The notes beneath the pieces were generated by a model, which did not search any database, was not told where the DNA came from, and worked only from the letters and a program-made list of their open reading frames with translations. A stretch of DNA of 64,000 nt from a virus (lineage: Duplodnaviria; Caudoviricetes): IMG/VR virus record IMGVR_UViG_3300037851_000941, positions 13,801 to 77,800 of that record, one strand, 5' to 3'. This document shows positions 29,094 to 37,053 of the stretch, in pieces. Every line of letters starts with the position of its first letter. Position 1 is the first letter of the stretch. Both the position numbers and the translations under genes were made by a program.

Positions 29094-30169
29094 GTCTCTT
29101 CTCCTTCTTCTGCGCACCCCGCGCCCGGACGCGCGCCCTCGAGCCCGTCGCGTCGCGCGACGAGCCCAACTGCCATCTTGTAGGCCTCGACCACGCGGTT
29201 CACGTTGCGGTCGGCCACGAAGAAGATGAAGCCGCGCGAGTTGCGCTGGTCATAGTACCGCTCCATCTTGGCGATGTGAACGACCGAGACAGCCGAGCGA
29301 TATGTTAGGTCCTCCAGCACGCGCCGCACGGAGAATCGGTGGCGCACGGCCAGGTCACGGACCTTCTCTGGCCTGAAGCCCCGAAAACCCGCCTGCTTGG
29401 ACACCAAGGTTATTCCATCGGCTGTTCTCTTACTCACCCGACGCTGCGTGGCCCGCGTACCGCCCAGGTGGCAGGCGAGCTTTTGACCGTCCCACAACCA
29501 CAACACCCCGTAACGCTGCACCGCCGCCAACATCGACGCATCCGCCGAGGCCCAGTCGAACGAGCGCATCAGCTCGCCGGCACCGCCTGTGCCGAGCGCG
29601 TGCAGTCGGGTCCCGTAGCGATACGCGAGCGAGTGGACGCGATGATACCAGCGCAGTCGGCGCAGGTACGCCTCGCGATTGTGCAAGAACTCCGTCTGAT
29701 TGTCCGTAGCAAGCCCAGTCCCCGAGTTCCCGACGGCGCACCAGCGATAGGCATCGCAGACCGACTCCACCTGCGCGTCGGTCATGAAGGGATGCAGGAC
29801 CGGCCAGGTCCTGCCCGCGCCCAGCGCGAGCCGGAGCGTCGCGGTGTGCCGCTTCACTATCTCGTGGTCGGACGGGTAATCGACGTCAATGGCCGCCTGC
29901 AGGAACCGACCCCAGTTCCTGGTCCTCAACCAGCCAGCATACCCTTCTACGCCGATCGCCACATTCTTCTGGCGGGCCGAGTAGACCCCGGAGTCGATCA
30001 GAAACCGGGGGACGCGCAGCCCTGCGCCCGAGAACTTCCTCGCTGCTTCCTGTGGATCGAACTGCCCGGACAGCAGCCAGTAGGACATCAGGAGGCCGCG
30101 CGCGGTCGGCTGTCCCCGATCAGCCGACCGCGCCGAGGCGATGCCAGTGCTCTGCGATGACTCGATCAC
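29090..30169 (-). CDS. TGT-fold DNA guanine transglycosylase (DpdA-like); alternative start 30088
   Basis: FLIDSGVYS, PVLH, LHALG, SADAS motifs of TGT/DpdA-like proteins; adjacent to folE/queD/queE. Confidence 0.75.
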   Translation of the reverse strand: MIESSQSTGIASARSADRGQPTARGLLMSYWLLSGQFDPQEAARKFSGAGLRVPRFLIDSGVYSARQKNVAIGVEGYAGWLRTRNWGRFLQAAIDVDYPSDHEIVKRHTATLRLALGAGRTWPVLHPFMTDAQVESVCDAYRWCAVGNSGTGLATDNQTEFLHNREAYLRRLRWYHRVHSLAYRYGTRLHALGTGGAGELMRSFDWASADASMLAAVQRYGVLWLWDGQKLACHLGGTRATQRRVSKRTADGITLVSKQAGFRGFRPEKVRDLAVRHRFSVRRVLEDLTYRSAVSVVHIAKMERYYDQRNSRGFIFFVADRNVNRVVEAYKMAVGLVARRDGLEGARPGAGCAEEGEET

Positions 30170-31142
30170 CTGCCCTCACTCCTTCCCCCGTGGCACCAGA
30201 TCCGTCGTGCCACACTCCGACGGGGTCAACAGCGTACCCGGACAAGACCCGACCGATGGCCCCGACCATGTCCTCAACAGTGTCGACCTCGGCGAAGCAC
30301 CCTTCCGCGAACAGCTCCGGGTAGCTGAGGCGGCGCGGCACGATCACCCGGCACCCCATCTGGGCGGCCTCGACCATCGCGATGCCGAACGTCTCCTGGA
30401 GGGCGGCAGAGACGCACAGGTAGGCGGACCCGAGGAGGGCGTGATACTCCGCCTTGGAGCCGGTGGCCTCGAGCGTCTCGACGAACCGCCAACCCGGCCA
30501 CGACGGTCGCAGCTGATCGACGGCCGCGCGCCAGATCCACGTCTGCTTCTCGGGCACCGCGCGGTGGGGCCAGACCACCAGCCGCTCTCGGCGACCTCCC
30601 CGCGCGGTCGGCGCCATCCTGACCGGCAGCGGGCTCACGGTCACGCGTTCGACGGGCAGCCCAGCCGAGGCCAGAAGCGTGCGGTGGTACCGGGTGGCGA
30701 CCACCGCGTCGTCCAGCGATCGCAGCACAGAGTCCTCGAACCCACGCGCCCACGCGCCGCAGCCGGCCTGGGCGAGGCGGTCGTGGGGGTCGTAGGTGCC
30801 GGCGTGCAGGATGCCGACCAGGCGCAGCGGCAGACCCGCCACATCGCGCATGTACGCGGCAGAGATCACCCCGGGATGCCAAGCATCGAGGAACACGACC
30901 GTGCTCGGCACGCCAGCGCGAGCCGCCGCCACCAACATCTCGACCTGGGCCGCCTTGTAGGCGTGCGTCTGCAGCGGGTCCAGGAACTGCTCCGCAGACA
31001 GGCTGCCCGAGCCCACGTCCGGGTGAAGCACGCCGACGTCGAACCCCGCCGCCGACAACGCGGCCGGCCACCACTCGAGCCACTGCGCCGTGTATCGCTG
31101 CTCGATGGGCTCGATGGGGAGCAGGAGGCAGCGGGCTCTCAC
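30120..31142 (-). CDS. GT-B fold glycosyltransferase
   Basis: GILHAGTYDP, LVVWPHRAVPEKQ, QETFGIAMVEAAQMGC..IVPRRLSYPE. Confidence 0.85.
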   Translation of the reverse strand: MRARCLLLPIEPIEQRYTAQWLEWWPAALSAAGFDVGVLHPDVGSGSLSAEQFLDPLQTHAYKAAQVEMLVAAARAGVPSTVVFLDAWHPGVISAAYMRDVAGLPLRLVGILHAGTYDPHDRLAQAGCGAWARGFEDSVLRSLDDAVVATRYHRTLLASAGLPVERVTVSPLPVRMAPTARGGRRERLVVWPHRAVPEKQTWIWRAAVDQLRPSWPGWRFVETLEATGSKAEYHALLGSAYLCVSAALQETFGIAMVEAAQMGCRVIVPRRLSYPELFAEGCFAEVDTVEDMVGAIGRVLSGYAVDPVGVWHDGSGATGEGVRAGDRVIAEHWHRLGAVG

Positions 31143-31498
31143 GCTACCTCGGCGGCAAGGGCGACGCGGGCGCCGTTCTCACCGTCCTCGTCAACCTCGA
31201 CCGTGGCCCAGCCGAGGCCGTACCTTCCGATCATCTGCTCAGCGAGCTGGCCAGCCAGGGCCTCACATGACATCGCCCCAAGCTCGCCGCCCGGCCAGGT
31301 ATCGGCAACGTGCCGCGACAGCTCCCTCTTCGTTGTAATGAACTCTATGTCGCGGTCGACGTGCGACACTGGAACCTCCACCCTCACATTGAACAGGTGG
31401 CGGTGGCGGCTGGAGAGGAACCCGCACCACTCGGGTGCCTCGGGCCAGCGGTGAAAGCCCTCGAACGAGAAGGTGAACCAGACGCTGGTGCGCTTCAC
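31139..31498 (-). CDS. QueD-paralogous T-fold protein (DpdL-like)
   Basis: GTG start overlaps upstream stop; FEGFHRWP, LSSRHRHLF (LxxxHRHxF), SCE, EDGENGA. Confidence 0.75.
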   Translation of the reverse strand: MKRTSVWFTFSFEGFHRWPEAPEWCGFLSSRHRHLFNVRVEVPVSHVDRDIEFITTKRELSRHVADTWPGGELGAMSCEALAGQLAEQMIGRYGLGWATVEVDEDGENGARVALAAEVA

Positions 31499-32169
31499 AG
31501 CGCTCTCCTCTCTCCGTCGTAGTCGCCCCAGTCCAGAGGGGAGTCGAAGACGTAGCCCGCGCACCGGCGGCAGAGGTCCAGGCTGCCTGTGGCCTCCACA
31601 TCGTTGCAGCACAGCGCGACCGAGCCGTCCCAGCACACCGCCCGCCACCCGTCAACGAGGAACGAGCACCGCGCCGACCGCGAGAGGTCCTCGCCCTCCA
31701 CATCGACGAAGCCTGCATACGACTGCAGCTCCTTCTTCGGCGCGTCGCTCTTGACCAGCAGCCGGTGCTCGGTCGCCAGCAGCGAAGGTGGAATCGAGAA
31801 CGTCGACAAACGCACGCCGAACGGGTCGGTGTGCAGTCGGAGATAGGACAGTCCGGCGTCCACCAGCGCGTTCAGCCGCTCCTGGGTCAGGCCCCGACCG
31901 TGCGTCGAGAACCCGACGGTGAAGCCGCGACCGGACGCCATGGACACGAGGCGCTCCAGCCCACGGTGCAGGAGCGGCTCCCCGAAGTGGTGCATCGACA
32001 TCACGCGGTTCGTTGCCACGTCCAGGACGCAGGAGAAGGTCTCCCCCGTGATGAACCCGCGCTTCCGCTGGTGCCGCGAGTGCGGGCAGTATGAGCAGCG
32101 GGCGTCGCAGTGGTTGGTCACCTCGACCTGGTACACCTTCAGCGCGGACGTGTCCCAGACCGAGGTCAT
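31495..32169 (-). CDS. Radical SAM protein with SPASM/twitch-like C-terminus
   Basis: EVTNHCDARCSYCPH (CX3CX2C), HHFGEPLLH, CSF...WDGSVALCCND...CRRC. Confidence 0.88.
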   Translation of the reverse strand: MTSVWDTSALKVYQVEVTNHCDARCSYCPHSRHQRKRGFITGETFSCVLDVATNRVMSMHHFGEPLLHRGLERLVSMASGRGFTVGFSTHGRGLTQERLNALVDAGLSYLRLHTDPFGVRLSTFSIPPSLLATEHRLLVKSDAPKKELQSYAGFVDVEGEDLSRSARCSFLVDGWRAVCWDGSVALCCNDVEATGSLDLCRRCAGYVFDSPLDWGDYDGERRAL

Positions 32170-32633
32170 CGCAGCACCGCATCTTCCAGGTAATCCTGCG
32201 GCCTGGTGCGCCAGCCGGACCCCACGCGGAAGGTTACGATGTTGTACGGCGCCCCCACCGACACGAGGTCGTCTGGCCGGAGCAGGTCAAGGACAGAATC
32301 GTGTGCCCGTAGCCTCGCCACCACCACTGCCCCGCGCACGAGTGATGCTGCAGTCGTGGCCGCCAGCACGTCCTCCTTGTTGGTGGCATCGCACTCGATC
32401 GTGCATGGCATACGATGCAACTCCAGCCAGGGCGCGAGCGTGTCGCGGAACCAGGCCCAGTCACGCAGCGTGTCGCGCACGAAGACGTGCCCCACCCTTG
32501 CCACCTCCAGCACCGCCGGGGCCACCGGCGAGGAGATCATCGCCGTCTGGACGCGCCACGGCGCCATCGGCCCCTCGACCTCCGGGCCGCGCCACGATGA
32601 GCCCGGGGTCATGATGCCGCGCGGGTGCGTCAT
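32166..32633 (-). CDS. Unknown protein translationally coupled inside the modification operon
   Basis: 155 aa; ATGA overlaps on both sides; WRGPEVEG motif. Confidence 0.7.
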   Translation of the reverse strand: MTHPRGIMTPGSSWRGPEVEGPMAPWRVQTAMISSPVAPAVLEVARVGHVFVRDTLRDWAWFRDTLAPWLELHRMPCTIECDATNKEDVLAATTAASLVRGAVVVARLRAHDSVLDLLRPDDLVSVGAPYNIVTFRVGSGWRTRPQDYLEDAVLR

Positions 32634-33208
32634 CTACCCAGCACCTTCAGCGCCTCGGCCCGCGCCGCAGCGTCCTCCCTCATGCTGCCGAAGAAGACCG
32701 TCGTGACCATCTCCCCCGTCGACTCGACGCCGCGCAAGCACATGCACGAGTGGACAGCCCGGACGATGACCCCGAGACCGACTGGGCAGAGCCCTTCCTG
32801 CAGCGTCCAGGCCACCTGCGCTGCGATCCTCTCCTGGACCTGGAGCCGCCGAGTGATGGCCCGGACGATGCGCGGGATCTTCGAGAGCCCGACGATTTTC
32901 CCGCTCGGGATGTACGCCACCGAGACGGTCCCGGTGAAAGGCAGGACGTGGTGCTCGCAGAGGGAGGCGAACGGGATGTCCTTGACCGCGACCATCGCGT
33001 CGCCCTCGCTCTCGAAGGTCACCAGCAACGAGCGCGGGTCCACCTCGTAGCCCGAGGTCAACTCCTGCATCGCCTTGGCCAGCCGCCGTGGCGTGTTCAC
33101 GAGCCCTTCCCGGGCCAGGTCTTCCCGACCGCCCAGCAACGCGGCCATGAACCCTCCTGCCGCATCCTGCAAGCCTGGCAAAGGGCGCTCGCTGTCAACG
33201 TGAACCAT
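32630..33208 (-). CDS. folE: GTP cyclohydrolase I
   Basis: SLCEHHVLPF, GLSKIPR, RRLQVQERI, HSCMCLRGV. Confidence 0.96.
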   Translation of the reverse strand: MVHVDSERPLPGLQDAAGGFMAALLGGREDLAREGLVNTPRRLAKAMQELTSGYEVDPRSLLVTFESEGDAMVAVKDIPFASLCEHHVLPFTGTVSVAYIPSGKIVGLSKIPRIVRAITRRLQVQERIAAQVAWTLQEGLCPVGLGVIVRAVHSCMCLRGVESTGEMVTTVFFGSMREDAAARAEALKVLGR

Positions 33209-33226
33209 GTCGCAATCCTCCTCTCG

Positions 33227-33926
33227 TTACCGAAGACCGAGCGCCTTGTGCATCTGGACCGACAGCCGCCAGCCCGGGTGCCCAAAGACGTAGTTGACCG
33301 CCGCGCCCAACACCGAGGGCTCCACGGACAGCGAGCCGTCGCACGTCGGGCAGGCGGGGGGGGGAGACGTAGAGCCGCGCGAAGCCCCCGAGGGCCGCCG
33401 CGTACTCGTGCGGGGCCGGCAGCCCGGAAGGGTACACGACCTTTAGCTCGTTCCCCGACCGAACCGCCACCCTCTCGGGCGCCGTCTTCGGGGACACGCA
33501 GACCCAGTCAACGCCCGCGGCCTCCGCAGAGCCGTCCCTGAACTGGACCGTCCCGTTCGTCTCCACGGCGATCGTGAGCCGCTGCCCGTCGCAGGCCGCG
33601 CGGATGGCATCGGTCAGGCGGCGGTCGAGCTGCAGCAGCGGCTCCCCGCCCGTGATCACGAGCAGCCCCTCGGGCCCGGGACAGGTGGCGCCGAGGTGCG
33701 CGACCTCCCGTGCGACCTCGTCGACGGCGCGGCCCCGTCGGGCAGAAACAAAGTCCGTGTCGCACCAGCGCGGGCAGTCGGCCCCGGCCCGGGAGGCGTC
33801 GCGTTCGCGGTCGGCATCGCGCCCGCTCCACAGGTTACAGCCGGCCAGGCGCAGGAACACGGCCGGCCGCCCAGCATTGGCACCTTCGCCCTGCAGCGAG
33901 CGAAAGATCTCCTGGACCGCGTACAC
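33227..33926 (-). pseudogene. queE: 7-carboxy-7-deazaguanine synthase, frameshifted in a C9 (G9 on +) tract
   Basis: EIFRSLQGEG, FLRLAGCNLW...CPRWCDTDF, ITGGEPLLQ, VETNGT, VSPK; the conserved end HPGWRLSVQMHKALGLR* lies in the +1 frame after 33356-33364. Confidence 0.88.
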
Positions 33927-33930
33927 GGTC

Positions 33931-34383
33931 CTACGCCTCGACCGTGGCGCAGCACTGCGGGGTCTCCCAGATCGTGACCCGGGAGACCCGGAGACCGCCC
34001 CCGTCATCCGCGCGCTCCAGCAGCGAGCGGGCCACGTCCAGCAAGGCGGCGGCCATCAACTCGGCCGTCGGCTCACCGTCGAGGCAGTATGGCGGGCGAT
34101 GCCCGCTCTGCTCCTCGTCCTCTTGGCACTAACGCAGGAGGCGCTCGTCGGCTCGGTTGACCAGGGTGGTGTGGTCCCAGTGGGAGTCGATCCACTGCCC
34201 GACCCTCGCCTTGATCTCTCCGAAGTCGATCACGCGCCCGCACCCGTCCAGCCGCTCGGCCGTACACGCGATCTCGGCACGGTATCGATGGCCGTGCAGC
34301 GTCGAGCACTTCGACTCGTGCCGCAGAACGCGGTGGGCAGAGTCCCACTCGAAGACCCTCGTGACGGTCGTCTGGTTCCCCAT
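33931..34383 (-). pseudogene. queD: 6-carboxytetrahydropterin synthase with an in-frame TAG at 34129-34131
   Basis: DSAHRV, CSTLHGHRY, VIDFG before the stop; PTAELMA and VTIWETP continue in the same frame after it. Confidence 0.88.
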
Positions 34384-34451
34384 GACCGCCTGGAGTACCA
34401 GCCCGGTGAACGGGACGCAACCGGGGCAGGCCGCAGCGCGTGGCTCGTTGG

Positions 34452-34943
34452 CTACCGGTCAATGAGGGCTCTGGCCCGCAACCACTGCCCCACGGCGACG
34501 AGTGCCGGGCTGGGAGGCCGCCGCTGGGCGCGGAGCAGGAGACGGATCTCGGCCAGGGCATCCTCGATCTCCCGGCTGGAGGGCTTCTTGATCGCGGGGC
34601 GCGGTGCCATCTCTACCGCGCTGGCCAGCCCGGCGACCCAGACGGCCGCGCTGCGCCCGCTGCGCGGGTTGCGGCGGCGCGCGCCCGAGTCGCGCACCCA
34701 GCCCCGGAGCACCAGCTCGCGGCGCCTGGCGCTCACGGTCTGGTGCGGCAGGCGGAGCCGGTCCTCCAGCTCCTCGTCGGTGCAGCCCCGTCGGCCGGCG
34801 TCCCGGATGGCGCTCAGCACCAGGGAGCGGAGGCGGCCAGCATGGGGCCTGATGTCCTGGGCGGCCTGCTCCGAGGTGTCGGAGTCGGCCTCGTGCGGCG
34901 GCTGCCCGTAGTAGGGCTCCCGGTAGAGCAGCACAGGGCTCAC
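34452..34943 (-). CDS. Winged-helix DNA-binding protein
   Basis: GCTDEELEDRL..HQTVSARRREL...G.VRDSG.RR. Confidence 0.7.
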   Translation of the reverse strand: MSPVLLYREPYYGQPPHEADSDTSEQAAQDIRPHAGRLRSLVLSAIRDAGRRGCTDEELEDRLRLPHQTVSARRRELVLRGWVRDSGARRRNPRSGRSAAVWVAGLASAVEMAPRPAIKKPSSREIEDALAEIRLLLRAQRRPPSPALVAVGQWLRARALIDR

Positions 34944-35149
34944 CGCTCCTCGAAGGGCAGGTCGCGGTCCTCTGCGAGCCAGCGCGGGATGGCCAGCATG
35001 CCCTCGTCGCCCTCGCTCCACACCTCGGACTCTGGACGGACCTGACTGAGCGGGATGGTGACGCGGCCGACGGCCGTGTCCGCGACGATGGCTGCCTCGG
35101 TCTCCCGAAGCACGGAGGCCCAGACGAGCACGGTGTCACCGCCGCTCAC
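34940..35149 (-). CDS. Hypothetical protein
   Basis: 69 aa, GTGA overlaps; IPRWLAEDR motif. Confidence 0.6.
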   Translation of the reverse strand: MSGGDTVLVWASVLRETEAAIVADTAVGRVTIPLSQVRPESEVWSEGDEGMLAIPRWLAEDRDLPFEER

Positions 35150-35382
35150 AGCCACGTCTCCACGATGCACGGGTCGTCGCTGGGATGACGGTCGAGGCGC
35201 ACCAGCCCATCGGGCAGGGCGGCGCGGGCCTCGGCCAGGCTGCCATGCACGGTGCGGTCGAGCGAGCGCGACAGGGCACCGTCCTCGCCGGGCACGGCCC
35301 AGCCCCGAAGGACGTGCTTGCCCGGGTAGTCCCGGGGCGAGTCGTAGATGGTCCAGATGACGAGCGGGTCGTTCGCGCTCAT
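35146..35382 (-). CDS. Conserved-looking hypothetical protein
   Basis: 78 aa; WTIYDSPRDYP...DDPCIVETWL. Confidence 0.65.
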   Translation of the reverse strand: MSANDPLVIWTIYDSPRDYPGKHVLRGWAVPGEDGALSRSLDRTVHGSLAEARAALPDGLVRLDRHPSDDPCIVETWL

Positions 35383-35636
35383 GGCCTCATCTCCTCCCCC
35401 GTGCCGTTGTCCAGCTCGCGCCGCAGCGCGGGCGCGACCACGCGGTAGCCGCGCCACTGCAGCCGCCGCATCTCGTCCCGCAGGGCGACCTCCAGCCTGT
35501 GCTGCAGGGTGGCGAGGTCGGCGGCGTCGTCGAGGCACAGGCCGTCGCTCTGCTCCAGCGCGTCCTCCATGGCGCGCACGAGCTGGCGCAGCACTTCCCG
35601 CGCTCCCAGGGTCTCGTTCCAGGCACTCTCGTTCAT
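35379..35636 (-). CDS. Hypothetical protein
   Basis: 85 aa from ATG 35636 with SD; C-terminal part of track ORF 35379..36389. Confidence 0.55.
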   Translation of the reverse strand: MNESAWNETLGAREVLRQLVRAMEDALEQSDGLCLDDAADLATLQHRLEVALRDEMRRLQWRGYRVVAPALRRELDNGTGEEMRP

Positions 35637-35668
35637 CGCGTTCTCCCTCCGTGCTCGTTCGTCCGTTG

Positions 35669-35911
35669 TCAGTTCTCCACGACGCGCTCCCAGTCCTCGG
35701 CGAGCGCCTCGATTGTCAGGTAGTAGATGGCCCCGTGCGGCAGCGGCCCGCGCAGGCCCACGATGCCCGCGACGTCCACGCTGACCACGCGCCACGTCGG
35801 GCTCATGCACCCCATCCCGCGCTGGCGCCAAAGCTCGTTCGACCGCACGGCCACGGGCACGCTGTGCCCGATGATCTCCATGTCCACTCTGCGCCTCCTC
35901 CGTCTCCGCAT
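35669..35911 (-). CDS. Hypothetical protein
   Basis: About 70-80 aa, co-oriented; start uncertain. Confidence 0.5.
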   Translation of the reverse strand: MRRRRRRRVDMEIIGHSVPVAVRSNELWRQRGMGCMSPTWRVVSVDVAGIVGLRGPLPHGAIYYLTIEALAEDWERVVEN

Positions 35912-35914
35912 CGC

Positions 35915-36712
35915 TCAGCCGACGGGCCGTCGTACCGCAGCCCCGGGCCGGGGTCCAGATCGCAGCACCGGGACGAGCTGCCGGTAGCGCGGGTCCTCGG
36001 CCAACTCGGGCGCCTCCAGGGTGGCCCAGCGCAGCGTGAGCAGATCCGGGCTCACGGTGCGGTAGCGCCCCGCGACCAGGCGCTCCCAGGCAGCGGCGCC
36101 GCCCCGGAGCCAGGCGTGCGCCCAGAGCAGCGCGACGGGCAGCGGCACCGCGACTGGCGGCAGGCCAGCGGCCTTGGACAGGTCGAGGCAGGTCTCGAGG
36201 AGGGCGGCCCGGGCGGCGCGCAGGTCCACGCCGGGCACGGCGGCCCCGACGACGGCGCAGGCGGCCGGGGCCTCCGGCGCGCAGGCCAGGTAGGTGCGAC
36301 ACATGACGGGGCGCACGTCGTAGACCGCGCAGTCGCGCCAGAGCGTCTCGAGGACGCACCGGCGGTTGGCCGCGTGCCAGCTCAGGCACGTGGCGTCCGG
36401 GCGCAGCAGCTCGTCCTCGTGCGCCGCGCAGAGCGGCAGGACGTTACGCTCCAGCCACGCGGCGCGGCCCTGCTCGCCAAGCTCGGCCACGATGACCACG
36501 GCCTCCAGCATGGAGCACGTGACCACGTAGCGGCAGCACGCATCGCAGTGACGCGCGCACACCACCCGGCGCCCGGTGGCATCGACGGACTCGGCGTTCG
36601 CTCGCTCGATGGCCGCGTCGGCCCGCCGCACCAGCTCGCGGCAGGCGTGGCGCGCCCGCCCCAGCGGGTCGCCAGTCACCCGCTCCACCTCTTCCCTCCT
36701 GCGCTCGTCCAT
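35915..36712 (-). CDS. YkgJ/CxxCxxCC cysteine-cluster protein
   Basis: CARHCDACCRY and CAVYDVRPVMCRTY. Confidence 0.82.
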   Translation of the reverse strand: MDERRREEVERVTGDPLGRARHACRELVRRADAAIERANAESVDATGRRVVCARHCDACCRYVVTCSMLEAVVIVAELGEQGRAAWLERNVLPLCAAHEDELLRPDATCLSWHAANRRCVLETLWRDCAVYDVRPVMCRTYLACAPEAPAACAVVGAAVPGVDLRAARAALLETCLDLSKAAGLPPVAVPLPVALLWAHAWLRGGAAAWERLVAGRYRTVSPDLLTLRWATLEAPELAEDPRYRQLVPVLRSGPRPGAAVRRPVG

Positions 36713-37053
36713 TCGTCCCTCCGTGCCGTGTCTTGGTTCGTGTCTGATTGACCAGGCGCGCTCGTGCCGCTAGCCTGGTGCCCTTCGGAGTCGTTCCTCC
36801 TTTCCTCGTCGTGTGTGGGGAGCGCCCCGGGGGCCACCGCTCCAGGTCCCCGGGGCGCAGGTTTTTAAGGGTCGTGCCCGAGCCGAAAGCAAGTGGAATC
36901 GTGGCATCGGCACGGAAAAGAACCCGCTCGGGGAAGCCCCCCGGCGCCCTGTAGGGGCTCCCGGGCATGTTGGGGCTAGCGGAGTAGCCCCGAGGGTGCT
37001 CCGACGCCCCTGGTGACGGCTGGGGCGCGCCCACGAGCGAGCCGGGTAGAGGG

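Noticed and set aside
34129-34131. Genome-wide TAG recoding
   Set aside because: TAG is a normal stop at 709, 3082, 6482 and 14101, each followed by the next gene's SD or start
29090-34383. Auxiliary queuosine tRNA-modification genes
   Set aside because: No queC, queF or queA; the TGT-like protein lacks the C-terminal CxCxxC zinc site of tRNA TGTs; ParB-like/terminase context fits DNA modification (not fully excluded)
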